NCBI RefSeq assembly: GCF_003334255.1
Contig: NZ_QOWU01000003.1
From: Escherichia coli
Lineage (GTDB): Bacteria > Pseudomonadota > Gammaproteobacteria > Enterobacterales > Enterobacteriaceae
Direction: 5' to 3' (one strand)
DNA: 64,000 nt
Within the stretch, counting starts at the first letter, position 1; each line of letters opens with the position of its first letter. The translations under genes and the position numbers were made by a program. Positions 52,953-64,000 of this stretch are shown one piece after another. Under the pieces are notes generated by a model, which made no database searches, was not told the origin of the DNA, and worked only from the letters and a program-made list of their open reading frames with translations.

Positions 52953-53073
52953 GTGCGGCCTGAAAAACAGTGCTGTGCCCTTGTAACTCATCATAATAAT
53001 TTACGGCGCAGCCAAGATTTCCCTGGTGTTGGCGCAGTATTCGCGCACCCCGGTCTAGCCGGGGTCATTTTTT
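52953..53073 (+). ncRNA. arcZ: Hfq-dependent small RNA ArcZ (SraH/RyhA), about 121 nt
   Basis: Begins GTGCGGCCTGAAAAACAGTGCTGTGCCC and ends with hairpin CACCCCGGTCTAGCCGGGGTCA followed by TTTTTT on the plus strand; the 3-prime end overlaps the arcB stop codon on the other strand. Confidence 0.8.
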
Positions 53074-55401
53074 AGTGGCTTTTGCCACCCACGCTTTCAG
53101 CACTTCTACGTCGTGACGCCACTCTTCTTTCATCTCTTCAATCCATTCACCGACGTTATCTTCCCAGGCCGGAAGGTCAGGAGACTGAATTTGCTGACCC
53201 AGCTGTTGCAGATGGCGTAACCCCACTGACCCCGCCGCACCTTTAATTTTATGTCCTTCCTCAACAATGCCTTTTTTATCCTGCGCCGTCAGATTCGACT
53301 CCAGCACGCTGACATAGCCCGGCATCATCTTCTCAAACACCGCTAACCCGTCGGTGATCAGCTTCGGTCCTACAAGTTCGAGATACTGTTCCAGCATGGG
53401 AATATCGAGCAATGCTTCTGATTTACTGTTCTCTTCTGTCGTCACCGTACTCTCCTCATCATCCTGGGTATCCCAGAATTTCTTGATCATCGCGGTTAGC
53501 GCCGGAACAGAAAGCGGCTTACTCAGCACATCATCCATTCCAGCATTGAGGTACTCTTGTTTGTCTTTCAGCACGTTAGCGGTTAAGGCCACCAGCGGCG
53601 GTAAATCCTCGCGCGGATAACGTTTCGTCAGTTCACGAGAGATATCCAGCCCGGTCATATCTGGCAACTGAATATCCAGCAACACCAGGTCGTATTCGCC
53701 CGGTTTAAACATCTCCAGCGCCGCCTTGCCGGTCATGGCGACATCAACGCTGTTACCTAATTTTTCCAGCACAGAACGCGCAACAATCACGTTCAGTTCA
53801 ATGTCTTCCACCAGCAGCACATTCAGCGCCGGTAAAGGCATATCGTCTTCATCAAACGCATCATCGACCTCTTCTGCTACCGACGGTGCGTGGATCGTCA
53901 ACGTAAAGGTTGAACCTTTGCCCTGTTCGCTGGTAACCGTAATATCGCCGCCCATATTTTTCGCCAGACGACGAGAAACGGCCAGACCAATACCGGTGCC
54001 GGTGGCAGGTTTACCGCCATGACTGTCTTTCACCTGGTAATACATGGCGAAAATTTTATCCAGCTCATCCTGCGGAATGCCGATACCAGAGTCTTCCACT
54101 TCAAAATGCAGCATATCGCCTTCATCGTAGCGCACGCGCACGGTAACCTGGCCTTGCTGGGTGAATTTGACGGCGTTACTGATGAGGTTCCACAGGATCT
54201 GCCGTAAACGCGTCCCGTCGGTAATGACCTGATGCGGTAATGGCAGCGTCGGCTCCAGGTTAAAGCGCAATCCTTTTTGTTGCGCCTGCAATGCGGAGAG
54301 ATTTTCCAGATCGGCAAGGAAGCTGGTGAAATCAACCGGTTGATTATCAAGCTGGACCTTGCGCCGTTCCATCTTATCCATGTCGATAATATCGTTAAAG
54401 ATATTCCCCAGCGTGACGGCCGAAACATGGATGGTCTTGAGATATTTTTCCTGCTCGGCGGTGAGTTCGGTATCCAGCAGAATGCGGCTCAGACCGACGA
54501 TACCGTTCAGCGGTGTACGCAATTCGTGACTGATGGTGGAGATAAACGTCGTTTTGTCGCGGCTGGCCCGTTCAAGCGCATCCTGATACCGCTTACGCTC
54601 GGTAATGTCGCGACCAAAGCCCATCAAACCGTGACGTTTACCCACGCGGTCGTAGTACGGCACTTTACGGATTTCAAAGCAGGCTTTGCGCCCGTCCGGG
54701 TAATCCAGCCACTGTTCATAGGTCAGTGACACATTATGACGGAACACTTTTTCATCGGTTTCAATGACTTTTGCGGCGGCTTCCGGTGAGTAAACATCAG
54801 CAGGTTTCAGGTGAACCAGTTGTTTTTCGCTTTTTCCGGTCAGCAGCTCCATCGCGCGGTTACAGCCGGAAAACTCTTTATCTTCGTTACGATAAAAAAC
54901 CAGGTCGGGTGAAGCATCAAGGAAGGAACGTAAGAATGAGGATTGCTGCTCGAGCTGAATTTGTGTCTCTTCGCGCTCTTTGATTTCAATTTTCAGTTGG
55001 CCGAAGGTTTCCTGCAGTTCTGCTTCCGCTTTTTCACGAACGGCAATTTCCTGATTTAGCTGGGCAATATTATCTTTTAACTGAACGTTGAGGCTCAAAT
55101 CGCGCTCGCGCATCTCCTCCAGTTTTTGCACCAGCCGTGACAGACGTTGTCGTGACTCCTCCAGTTGCTCGACGACCACCGATAGAAAGTAGACCGCCCA
55201 CGGCGTAATCAGCAAACCAAAGAAGATAGAACGAATAACATCAATGCTTTCGACCTGACCATGCAGCACCATGGTTACCGCCATTTGTACCACAATGGCA
55301 AGAACGACGAGGGCCAGCGCCAGCAACATTGAGAAGCGCACCAGACCTAACTTCATCATCAGGTCAACATAATACTGCGCCAGCAGACGAATTTGCTTCA
55401 T
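53065..55401 (-). CDS. arcB: Hybrid sensor histidine kinase ArcB, 778 aa
   Basis: ORF track; H-box ISHELRTPLN, receiver domain LLVEDIELNV...LLDIQLPDMTG, C-terminal HPt domain. Confidence 0.95.
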   Translation of the reverse strand: MKQIRLLAQYYVDLMMKLGLVRFSMLLALALVVLAIVVQMAVTMVLHGQVESIDVIRSIFFGLLITPWAVYFLSVVVEQLEESRQRLSRLVQKLEEMRERDLSLNVQLKDNIAQLNQEIAVREKAEAELQETFGQLKIEIKEREETQIQLEQQSSFLRSFLDASPDLVFYRNEDKEFSGCNRAMELLTGKSEKQLVHLKPADVYSPEAAAKVIETDEKVFRHNVSLTYEQWLDYPDGRKACFEIRKVPYYDRVGKRHGLMGFGRDITERKRYQDALERASRDKTTFISTISHELRTPLNGIVGLSRILLDTELTAEQEKYLKTIHVSAVTLGNIFNDIIDMDKMERRKVQLDNQPVDFTSFLADLENLSALQAQQKGLRFNLEPTLPLPHQVITDGTRLRQILWNLISNAVKFTQQGQVTVRVRYDEGDMLHFEVEDSGIGIPQDELDKIFAMYYQVKDSHGGKPATGTGIGLAVSRRLAKNMGGDITVTSEQGKGSTFTLTIHAPSVAEEVDDAFDEDDMPLPALNVLLVEDIELNVIVARSVLEKLGNSVDVAMTGKAALEMFKPGEYDLVLLDIQLPDMTGLDISRELTKRYPREDLPPLVALTANVLKDKQEYLNAGMDDVLSKPLSVPALTAMIKKFWDTQDDEESTVTTEENSKSEALLDIPMLEQYLELVGPKLITDGLAVFEKMMPGYVSVLESNLTAQDKKGIVEEGHKIKGAAGSVGLRHLQQLGQQIQSPDLPAWEDNVGEWIEEMKEEWRHDVEVLKAWVAKATKK

Positions 55402-55451
55402 TAGGGAATTCCTTCACGACAACCTGCCCCAATAATACCCAATTCTGACAG

Positions 55452-56426
55452 TTACGTTATAAATTGTGTGAGAAATGCGGAATTCCCCTCAACGACCCAC
55501 TCCGTTGGAGGTAGCCACGGACGTCCCAGCGCCGATCCCTGTACGCCATGTTCATTCAGATAGCGATCCAGCTCGACCATTCCCGTCCATCGATTTTCGC
55601 ACCACAGCGGAGCAAGCAGCGTCGGGCGACGGGCGCTGGCGGAAATGCGGTGGTAGATCACTTCCGGTGGCGTATGGCGAATCATTTCTCCGGCAGTGAG
55701 CGTGTAATCCTCCAGTTCAATACCGTTCAAACGCCCCGCTTCCCAGGCTTTCGCCATAATGCTGCCTTTCACAATATGCAGCGGATGCAGCTTTATGCCG
55801 TCCACGCCGGTTTCAACCACTCGCTCCAGCGTTTGCAAACATTCAGCCTGCCCTTCGCCAGGCAGGCCGACAATTAAGTGGGAACACACCTTCAGCCCGC
55901 GCTGACGTGCCAGCTGGGTTGTACGCTGATAACAGGCAAAATCATGGCCGCGGTTGATGCGATGCAGTGTTTTGTCGTGGGCGGTTTGTAGCCCCAGCTC
56001 CAGCCACACTTCGTAACCCTGGTCCTTATATTCGCAAAGCAGATCCAGCACCGCATCCGGCACGCAGTCCGGGCGGGTACCCACACACAAACCGACAATA
56101 TTGGCCTGGCTCACCGCCTGCTGATACATAGAACGCAGCACCTGAACTTCCGCAAAGGTGCTGGTATACGCCTGAAAGTAGGCCAGATAGCGTTTAGCGC
56201 GGTTAACTAAATTCGCCTGGTGCGCCAGTTGCTCGGCAATGGAACGATGCTGCTGCGCTTCATCGGCAAACGAGGCAACATTACAGAATGTGCAGCCACC
56301 ACGCCCGATGGTACCGTCACGGTTAGGGCAGCTAAAACCGCCGTGCAGCGTCAGCTTATGCACCTTTTGCCCATAACGACGGGTGAGATCACCACCAAAC
56401 ATATTGACTAATTTCTGTAACTGCAT
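55452..56426 (-). CDS. yhcC: Radical-SAM family protein YhcC (start uncertain)
   Basis: ORF track 55452..56459; TIGR01212-like; start provisionally placed at MQLQKLVNMFGG; alternative starts at the upstream ATG or at MFGG. Confidence 0.75.
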   Translation of the reverse strand: MQLQKLVNMFGGDLTRRYGQKVHKLTLHGGFSCPNRDGTIGRGGCTFCNVASFADEAQQHRSIAEQLAHQANLVNRAKRYLAYFQAYTSTFAEVQVLRSMYQQAVSQANIVGLCVGTRPDCVPDAVLDLLCEYKDQGYEVWLELGLQTAHDKTLHRINRGHDFACYQRTTQLARQRGLKVCSHLIVGLPGEGQAECLQTLERVVETGVDGIKLHPLHIVKGSIMAKAWEAGRLNGIELEDYTLTAGEMIRHTPPEVIYHRISASARRPTLLAPLWCENRWTGMVELDRYLNEHGVQGSALGRPWLPPTEWVVEGNSAFLTQFIT

Positions 56427-57100
56427 AATCTGATAGACCGCGCCTTGAAAAGAGGCCAAAGCCTGCCATTTTTAGCTCAATTCGGCGATGACCTGGATCA
56501 ATCGTCCCGGCCTGCTTTTATCAACTGCATAATCAATCAAAATTACCGAAATTTCATGCATAATCACATAAATCACTTTTGCTTATCTTGTGTCAGATTT
56601 TTTTATCTCCTGATGGATTTTAGGCAAAAACAGTAGCATGAAACGTCATTACCAATTAAGGCAGTATAAAATGCTGGTTTTGTCGTCAGTTCAAGGCAGG
56701 ATAAGGGTTAACACACCTTTATGACAGTCAGGAATTGACTGTTTCTCTAACGACTTCCCTTTTAGCCTTAAAGATAAAATCCATTTTAATTTCAGTCATT
56801 TAATAAAGAATTTTGCGCTAAAGCACATTTCTGTACCAATAAGCTTGCCATTTGACCTGTATCAGCTTTCCCGATAAGTTGGAAATCCGCTGGAAGCTTT
56901 CTGGATGAGCAGCCTGCTCATCATATTTATGCAGTAATTGAGATCCCCTCTTCACCGTATTAACCGATGCGAAAAGGACAACAAGGGGGCGAATGCGAGG
57001 CGCGCGTATGACACGCAAACCCCGTCGCCACGCTCTTTCTGTGCCCGTGCGCAGCGGTTCGGAAGTGGGGTTCCCGCAGAGCCTGGGGGAGGTTCACGAT

Positions 57101-60100
57101 ATGTTGTACGATAAATCCCTTGAGAGGGATAACTGTGGTTTCGGCCTGATCGCCCACATAGAAGGCGAACCTAGCCACAAGGTAGTGCGTACTGCAATAC
57201 ACGCACTGGCCCGCATGCAGCACCGTGGCGCGATTCTCGCCGATGGTAAAACCGGCGACGGTTGCGGCTTGCTGTTACAAAAACCGGATCGCTTTTTTCG
57301 CATCGTTGCGCAGGAGCGCGGCTGGCGTTTAGCAAAAAACTACGCTGTCGGGATGCTCTTCCTGAATAAAGATCCTGAACTCGCCGCTGCCGCACGCCGC
57401 ATCGTTGAAGAAGAACTGCAACGCGAAACCTTGTCGATTGTGGGCTGGCGTGATGTCCCCACTAACGAAGGCGTGCTGGGTGAAATCGCCCTCTCCTCTC
57501 TGCCACGCATTGAGCAAATTTTTGTGAACGCCCCGGCAGGCTGGCGTCCACGCGATATGGAGCGCCGTCTGTTTATCGCCCGCCGCCGCATTGAAAAGCG
57601 TCTCGAAGCCGACAAAGACTTCTACGTCTGTAGCCTGTCGAATCTGGTGAACATCTATAAAGGTCTGTGTATGCCGACGGATCTGCCGCGCTTTTATCTG
57701 GATCTTGCGGACCTGCGTCTGGAATCGGCCATTTGCCTGTTCCACCAGCGCTTCTCCACTAACACCGTACCGCGCTGGCCGCTGGCGCAACCGTTCCGCT
57801 ATCTGGCGCATAACGGTGAAATCAACACCATCACCGGTAACCGCCAATGGGCGCGTGCGCGTACTTATAAATTCCAGACACCGCTTATCCCTGACCTGCA
57901 CGACGCCGCACCGTTCGTCAACGAAACCGGCTCTGACTCCAGTTCGATGGATAACATGCTGGAACTGCTGCTGGCAGGCGGGATGGATATCATCCGCGCC
58001 ATGCGTCTATTAGTACCACCCGCCTGGCAGAACAACCCGGATATGGACCCGGAACTGCGTGCCTTCTTTGACTTTAACTCCATGCATATGGAGCCGTGGG
58101 ATGGCCCGGCGGGCATCGTGATGTCCGACGGTCGTTTTGCCGCCTGTAACCTCGACCGTAACGGTCTGCGTCCGGCGCGCTACGTCATCACCAAAGATAA
58201 GCTCATCACCTGCGCCTCTGAAGTCGGTATCTGGGATTACCAGCCTGACGAAGTGGTCGAAAAAGGCCGCGTCGGGCCAGGCGAACTGATGGTTATCGAC
58301 ACCCGCAGTGGGCGTATTCTGCACTCGGCAGAAACCGATGACGATCTGAAAAGCCGCCATCCATATAAAGAGTGGATGGAGAAAAACGTCCGCCGACTGG
58401 TACCGTTTGAAGATCTGCCCGATGAAGAAGTGGGTAGCCGCGAACTGGACGACGACACGCTTGCCAGCTACCAGAAACAGTTTAACTACAGCGCGGAAGA
58501 GCTGGACTCCGTAATTCGCGTACTGGGCGAAAACGGTCAGGAAGCGGTCGGTTCGATGGGCGATGATACCCCATTCGCCGTGCTCTCCAGTCAGCCGCGC
58601 ATTATTTACGACTACTTCCGCCAGCAGTTTGCCCAGGTGACTAACCCGCCAATCGACCCGCTGCGTGAAGCGCATGTTATGTCGCTCGCCACCAGTATCG
58701 GTCGTGAAATGAACGTCTTTTGCGAAGCAGAGGGCCAGGCGCACCGTTTAAGCTTTAAATCGCCGATTCTGCTCTACTCCGATTTCAAACAGCTCACGAC
58801 GATGAAAGAGGAGCACTACCGCGCAGATACGCTGGATATCACCTTTGACGTCACTAAAACCACGCTCGAAGCGACAGTCAAAGAGCTGTGCGACAAAGCC
58901 GAAAAAATGGTACGTAGCGGCACCGTGCTGCTGGTGCTCTCCGACCGGAATATCGCTAAAGATCGCCTGCCGGTTCCAGCCCCGATGGCGGTTGGCGCGA
59001 TCCAGACCCGTCTGGTCGATCAAAGCCTGCGTTGCGATGCCAACATCATCGTCGAAACCGCCAGCGCCCGCGATCCGCACCACTTCGCCGTGTTGCTGGG
59101 CTTCGGCGCGACGGCTATTTATCCATACCTTGCCTATGAAACGCTGGGCCGCCTGGTAGACACCCATGCGATTGCCAAAGATTATCGTACCGTGATGCTC
59201 AACTACCGTAACGGCATCAACAAAGGCTTGTACAAAATCATGTCCAAAATGGGCATCTCCACCATCGCCTCTTACCGCTGCTCGAAACTGTTTGAAGCGG
59301 TCGGTCTACACGATGATGTAGTGGGCCTGTGCTTCCAGGGGGCGGTCAGCCGCATTGGTGGAGCAAGCTTTGAAGACTTCCAGCAGGATCTGCTGAATCT
59401 GTCGAAACGTGCCTGGCTGGCGCGTAAGCCCATCAGCCAGGGCGGTCTGCTGAAATACGTCCACGGCGGCGAATACCACGCCTACAACCCGGACGTGGTG
59501 CGCACGCTGCAACAAGCGGTACAAAGCGGCGAGTACAGCGACTATCAGGAATACGCGAAGCTGGTTAATGAGCGTCCGGCAACCACGCTGCGCGATCTGC
59601 TGGCAATTACGCCGGGTGAAAACGCGGTCAACATTGCTGATGTTGAACCGGCAAGCGAACTGTTTAAACGCTTTGATACCGCCGCGATGTCTATCGGCGC
59701 GTTAAGCCCGGAAGCCCACGAGGCGCTGGCGGAAGCGATGAACAGCATCGGCGGTAATTCGAACTCCGGTGAAGGCGGCGAAGACCCGGCGCGCTACGGC
59801 ACCAACAAAGTGTCGCGCATCAAGCAGGTGGCTTCCGGTCGCTTTGGGGTTACTCCGGCGTATCTGGTCAATGCCGACGTCATTCAGATTAAAGTCGCCC
59901 AGGGCGCGAAGCCAGGCGAAGGCGGTCAGTTGCCGGGTGATAAAGTCACGCCTTACATCGCCAAACTGCGCTATTCGGTGCCCGGAGTGACGCTGATCTC
60001 CCCGCCGCCGCACCACGATATCTACTCTATCGAGGACTTAGCGCAGCTCATTTTCGACCTCAAGCAGGTTAACCCGAAAGCGATGATCTCCGTGAAGCTG

Positions 60101-61561
60101 GTTTCCGAACCGGGAGTAGGCACCATCGCGACTGGCGTGGCAAAAGCTTATGCGGACTTGATCACCATCGCAGGCTATGACGGCGGCACCGGCGCAAGTC
60201 CGCTTTCATCGGTGAAATACGCAGGCTGTCCGTGGGAGCTGGGGCTTGTTGAAACCCAGCAGGCGCTGGTTGCTAACGGCTTGCGTCACAAGATCCGTTT
60301 GCAGGTCGATGGCGGCCTGAAAACGGGTGTCGATATCATCAAGGCGGCGATTCTCGGCGCAGAAAGCTTCGGCTTCGGCACTGGCCCGATGGTGGCGCTC
60401 GGCTGTAAATATCTACGTATTTGCCATCTGAACAACTGCGCAACGGGTGTAGCAACTCAGGATGACAAACTGCGTAAGAACCACTATCACGGCCTGCCAT
60501 TCAAGGTGACGAATTACTTTGAGTTTATCGCCCGTGAAACCCGCGAGCTGATGGCACAGCTTGGCGTAACACGTCTGGTGGATCTGATTGGTCGCACCGA
60601 CCTGCTGAAAGAGCTGGACGGTTTCACCGCCAAACAGCAGAAGCTGGCGCTGTCGAAGCTGCTGGAGACTGCCGAACCGCATCCAGGTAAGGCACTCTAC
60701 TGCACCGAAAACAACCCGCCGTTTGATAACGGCCTGCTGAACGCGCAGTTGCTGCAACAGGCGAAACCGTTTGTCGATGAGCGCCAGAGCAAAACCTTCT
60801 GGTTCGATATTCGCAACACCGACCGTTCTGTCGGCGCGTCGCTTTCAGGCTATATCGCCCAGACGCACGGCGATCAGGGGCTGGCAGCCGATCCTATCAA
60901 AGCGTACTTCAACGGCACCGCAGGCCAGAGCTTCGGCGTGTGGAACGCGGGCGGCGTGGAACTGTACCTGACCGGTGATGCCAACGACTATGTCGGTAAA
61001 GGCATGGCGGGCGGCTTAATCGCCATTCGTCCTCCGGTTGGTTCCGCCTTCCGCAGCCATGAAGCAAGCATTATCGGCAACACCTGCCTGTATGGCGCGA
61101 CCGGTGGTCGTCTGTATGCCGCAGGCCGCGCGGGTGAACGTTTCGGCGTGCGTAACTCCGGTGCTATCACCGTGGTAGAAGGCATTGGCGACAACGGTTG
61201 TGAATATATGACGGGTGGTATCGTCTGCATTCTGGGTAAAACCGGCGTTAACTTCGGTGCGGGCATGACCGGCGGTTTCGCTTACGTTCTCGATGAAAGC
61301 GGCGATTTCCGCAAACGCGTTAACCCGGAACTGGTCGAGGTCTTAAGCGTTGACGCTCTGGCGATCCATGAAGAGCATCTGCGTGGTCTTATCACCGAGC
61401 ATGTGCAGCATACCGGCTCTCAGCGCGGTGAAGAGATTCTGGCGAACTGGTCAACCTTCGCCACTAAATTTGCGCTGGTTAAACCGAAGTCCAGTGATGT
61501 AAAAGCACTGCTGGGTCACCGTAGTCGTAGCGCAGCTGAGTTGCGCGTGCAGGCGCAGTAA
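57101..61561 (+). CDS. gltB: Glutamate synthase (NADPH) large subunit GltB, 1486 aa from [12 protein letters not shown]
   Basis: ORF track 56993..61561; Ntn amidotransferase nucleophile Cys in [12 protein letters not shown]; the ORF extends 36 codons upstream of the ATG used here. Confidence 0.92.
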   Translation: MLYDKSLERDNCGFGLIAHIEGEPSHKVVRTAIHALARMQHRGAILADGKTGDGCGLLLQKPDRFFRIVAQERGWRLAKNYAVGMLFLNKDPELAAAARRIVEEELQRETLSIVGWRDVPTNEGVLGEIALSSLPRIEQIFVNAPAGWRPRDMERRLFIARRRIEKRLEADKDFYVCSLSNLVNIYKGLCMPTDLPRFYLDLADLRLESAICLFHQRFSTNTVPRWPLAQPFRYLAHNGEINTITGNRQWARARTYKFQTPLIPDLHDAAPFVNETGSDSSSMDNMLELLLAGGMDIIRAMRLLVPPAWQNNPDMDPELRAFFDFNSMHMEPWDGPAGIVMSDGRFAACNLDRNGLRPARYVITKDKLITCASEVGIWDYQPDEVVEKGRVGPGELMVIDTRSGRILHSAETDDDLKSRHPYKEWMEKNVRRLVPFEDLPDEEVGSRELDDDTLASYQKQFNYSAEELDSVIRVLGENGQEAVGSMGDDTPFAVLSSQPRIIYDYFRQQFAQVTNPPIDPLREAHVMSLATSIGREMNVFCEAEGQAHRLSFKSPILLYSDFKQLTTMKEEHYRADTLDITFDVTKTTLEATVKELCDKAEKMVRSGTVLLVLSDRNIAKDRLPVPAPMAVGAIQTRLVDQSLRCDANIIVETASARDPHHFAVLLGFGATAIYPYLAYETLGRLVDTHAIAKDYRTVMLNYRNGINKGLYKIMSKMGISTIASYRCSKLFEAVGLHDDVVGLCFQGAVSRIGGASFEDFQQDLLNLSKRAWLARKPISQGGLLKYVHGGEYHAYNPDVVRTLQQAVQSGEYSDYQEYAKLVNERPATTLRDLLAITPGENAVNIADVEPASELFKRFDTAAMSIGALSPEAHEALAEAMNSIGGNSNSGEGGEDPARYGTNKVSRIKQVASGRFGVTPAYLVNADVIQIKVAQGAKPGEGGQLPGDKVTPYIAKLRYSVPGVTLISPPPHHDIYSIEDLAQLIFDLKQVNPKAMISVKLVSEPGVGTIATGVAKAYADLITIAGYDGGTGASPLSSVKYAGCPWELGLVETQQALVANGLRHKIRLQVDGGLKTGVDIIKAAILGAESFGFGTGPMVALGCKYLRICHLNNCATGVATQDDKLRKNHYHGLPFKVTNYFEFIARETRELMAQLGVTRLVDLIGRTDLLKELDGFTAKQQKLALSKLLETAEPHPGKALYCTENNPPFDNGLLNAQLLQQAKPFVDERQSKTFWFDIRNTDRSVGASLSGYIAQTHGDQGLAADPIKAYFNGTAGQSFGVWNAGGVELYLTGDANDYVGKGMAGGLIAIRPPVGSAFRSHEASIIGNTCLYGATGGRLYAAGRAGERFGVRNSGAITVVEGIGDNGCEYMTGGIVCILGKTGVNFGAGMTGGFAYVLDESGDFRKRVNPELVEVLSVDALAIHEEHLRGLITEHVQHTGSQRGEEILANWSTFATKFALVKPKSSDVKALLGHRSRSAAELRVQAQ

Positions 61562-62992
<1,431 letters not shown>

Positions 62993-63551
62993 GCGAGGTA
63001 ACAATGAATTCGCCAGACTGTGTCTGGCGAATCAAATTACTGACGAAGTGCGCGTTGTTTTCTGGCAAATGCGGCATGAGCGTTTGACCTTTCCTATAAT
63101 AGGGATAATTTTCAATAAATTGTGCTTTGTTCACCAAGTCTGATGAGTGAAGCACATCAAGCAATTTCTCATTTACAATCCGTCTCAATTACTTGTTAAC
63201 ACCTCTGACAATACCGATTCTGCAAGCTATTCAGTCTTTTCATTCCATGTAAATTGTCTCGATATTAATATACAAAATATGAATATAAAAAACCAATATA
63301 TTATCCTTAATTATCTATATATTTTCCTATTTTTCAGCGCAAACATTCATGTAATGAATAATTATCACCACAAACCACCTCACCAGCACCTTATTATTCA
63401 CATGATCGTAACTATAAAATTCATTAAATAAATACATCCCAGCAAGTTGGCTATTTCTGAACGAGTTATTTATTTACATTCACAAACAGATATATATACT
63501 GCTTCAGCTTTTTATTTTAAAAAATAAATTTGTTATTAAGGATATGTTCAT

Positions 63552-63923
63552 ATGTTTTTCAAAAAGAACCTCACAACAGCTGCTATTTGTGCAGCACTTT
63601 CTGTTGCAGCATTCAGTGCCATGGCAACAGATTCAACTGATACAGAATTAACTATCATCGGCGAGTATACCCCTGGTGCATGTACCCCAGTTGTTACGGG
63701 CGGCGGCATTGTTGACTATGGGAAACATCATAACAGTGCGCTGAATCCGACCGGTAAAAGTAATAAACTGGTTCAACTGGGCCGCAAAAACAGCACATTA
63801 AATATAACCTGCACAGCACCAACGCTAATTGCTGTAACCTCCAAGGATAACCGTCAGTCGACCATTGTAGCGTTAAACGACACATCCTATATTGAAAAAG
63901 CTTATGATACTCTCGTAGATATG
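63552..63923 (+). pseudogene. gltF: gltF (periplasmic protein GltF), N-terminal 123-124 codons, apparently truncated by IS1
   Basis: ORF track 63552..63950; signal peptide MFFKKNLTTAAICAALSVAAFSAMA; frame runs into the IS1 terminal repeat at about 63924 and stops at a TAG inside it; I recall intact GltF as roughly twice this length. Confidence 0.7.
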
Positions 63924-64000
63924 GGTGATGCTGCCAACTTACTGATTTAGTGTATGATGGTGTTTTTGAGGTGCTCCAGTGGCTTCTGTTTCTATCAGCT
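63924..64000 (+). mobile_element. IS1 insertion sequence, left terminal inverted repeat and 5-prime region (element continues past the window end)
   Basis: GGTGATGCTGCCAACTTACTGATTTAGTGTATGATGGTGTTTTTGAGGTGCTCCAGTGGCTTCTGTTTCTATCAGCT matches the IS1 left end as I recall it, including the start of insA. Confidence 0.85.
63979..64000 (+). CDS. insA: IS1 InsA, first 7 codons only (GTG start)
   Basis: GTG GCT TCT GTT TCT ATC AGC translates to (M)ASVSIS, the InsA N-terminus. Confidence 0.7.

Noticed and set aside
63147-63431. 94-aa plus-strand ORF in the gltD-gltF spacer
   Set aside because: Lies in very AT-rich, low-complexity DNA (Ile/Asn/Leu/Phe-rich translation); a typical AT-tract artefact.

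Overview
The window reads as a contiguous, K-12-like Escherichia/Shigella core-chromosome segment running from yraQ to gltF, and I did not find a previously undescribed system in it. Every ORF of roughly 100 aa or more that is not antisense to a conserved gene matches a known protein family in the expected order. The blocks are: yraQ-yraR; yhbO-yhbP-yhbQ-yhbS; ubiT/ubiU-ubiV (the former yhbT/yhbU/yhbV); yhbW; mtr; deaD; nlpI; the minus-strand operon metY-rimP-nusA-infB-rbfA-truB-rpsO-pnp; argG; yhbX; leuU-secG; glmM-folP-ftsH-rlmE; yhbY; greA; dacB; obgE-yhbE-rpmA-rplU; ispB; sfsB; murA-ibaG-mlaBCDEF; yrbG-kdsD-kdsC-lptC-lptA-lptB-rpoN-hpf-ptsN-rapZ-npr; yrbL; mtgA-elbB; the ArcZ sRNA; arcB; yhcC; gltB-gltD; gltF. 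The one clearly non-canonical structure is at the right edge: the gltF reading frame runs straight into what I recognise as an IS1 left terminal inverted repeat at about 63924, which supplies a stop codon after 9 further codons, and the first codons of insA follow before the window ends. Other points worth a second look are the AT-rich yhbX segment, the AT-rich gltD-gltF spacer, the ArcZ/arcB convergent overlap, a PhoP-box-like direct repeat upstream of yrbL, several non-ATG starts (pnp UUG, rimP UUG, ubiT GUG) and the in-frame internal starts of infB. No CRISPR array, integron, prophage or toxin-antitoxin signature was seen. All coordinates derive from the supplied ORF track and manual reading; gene identities are from recalled protein sequences, not database searches.
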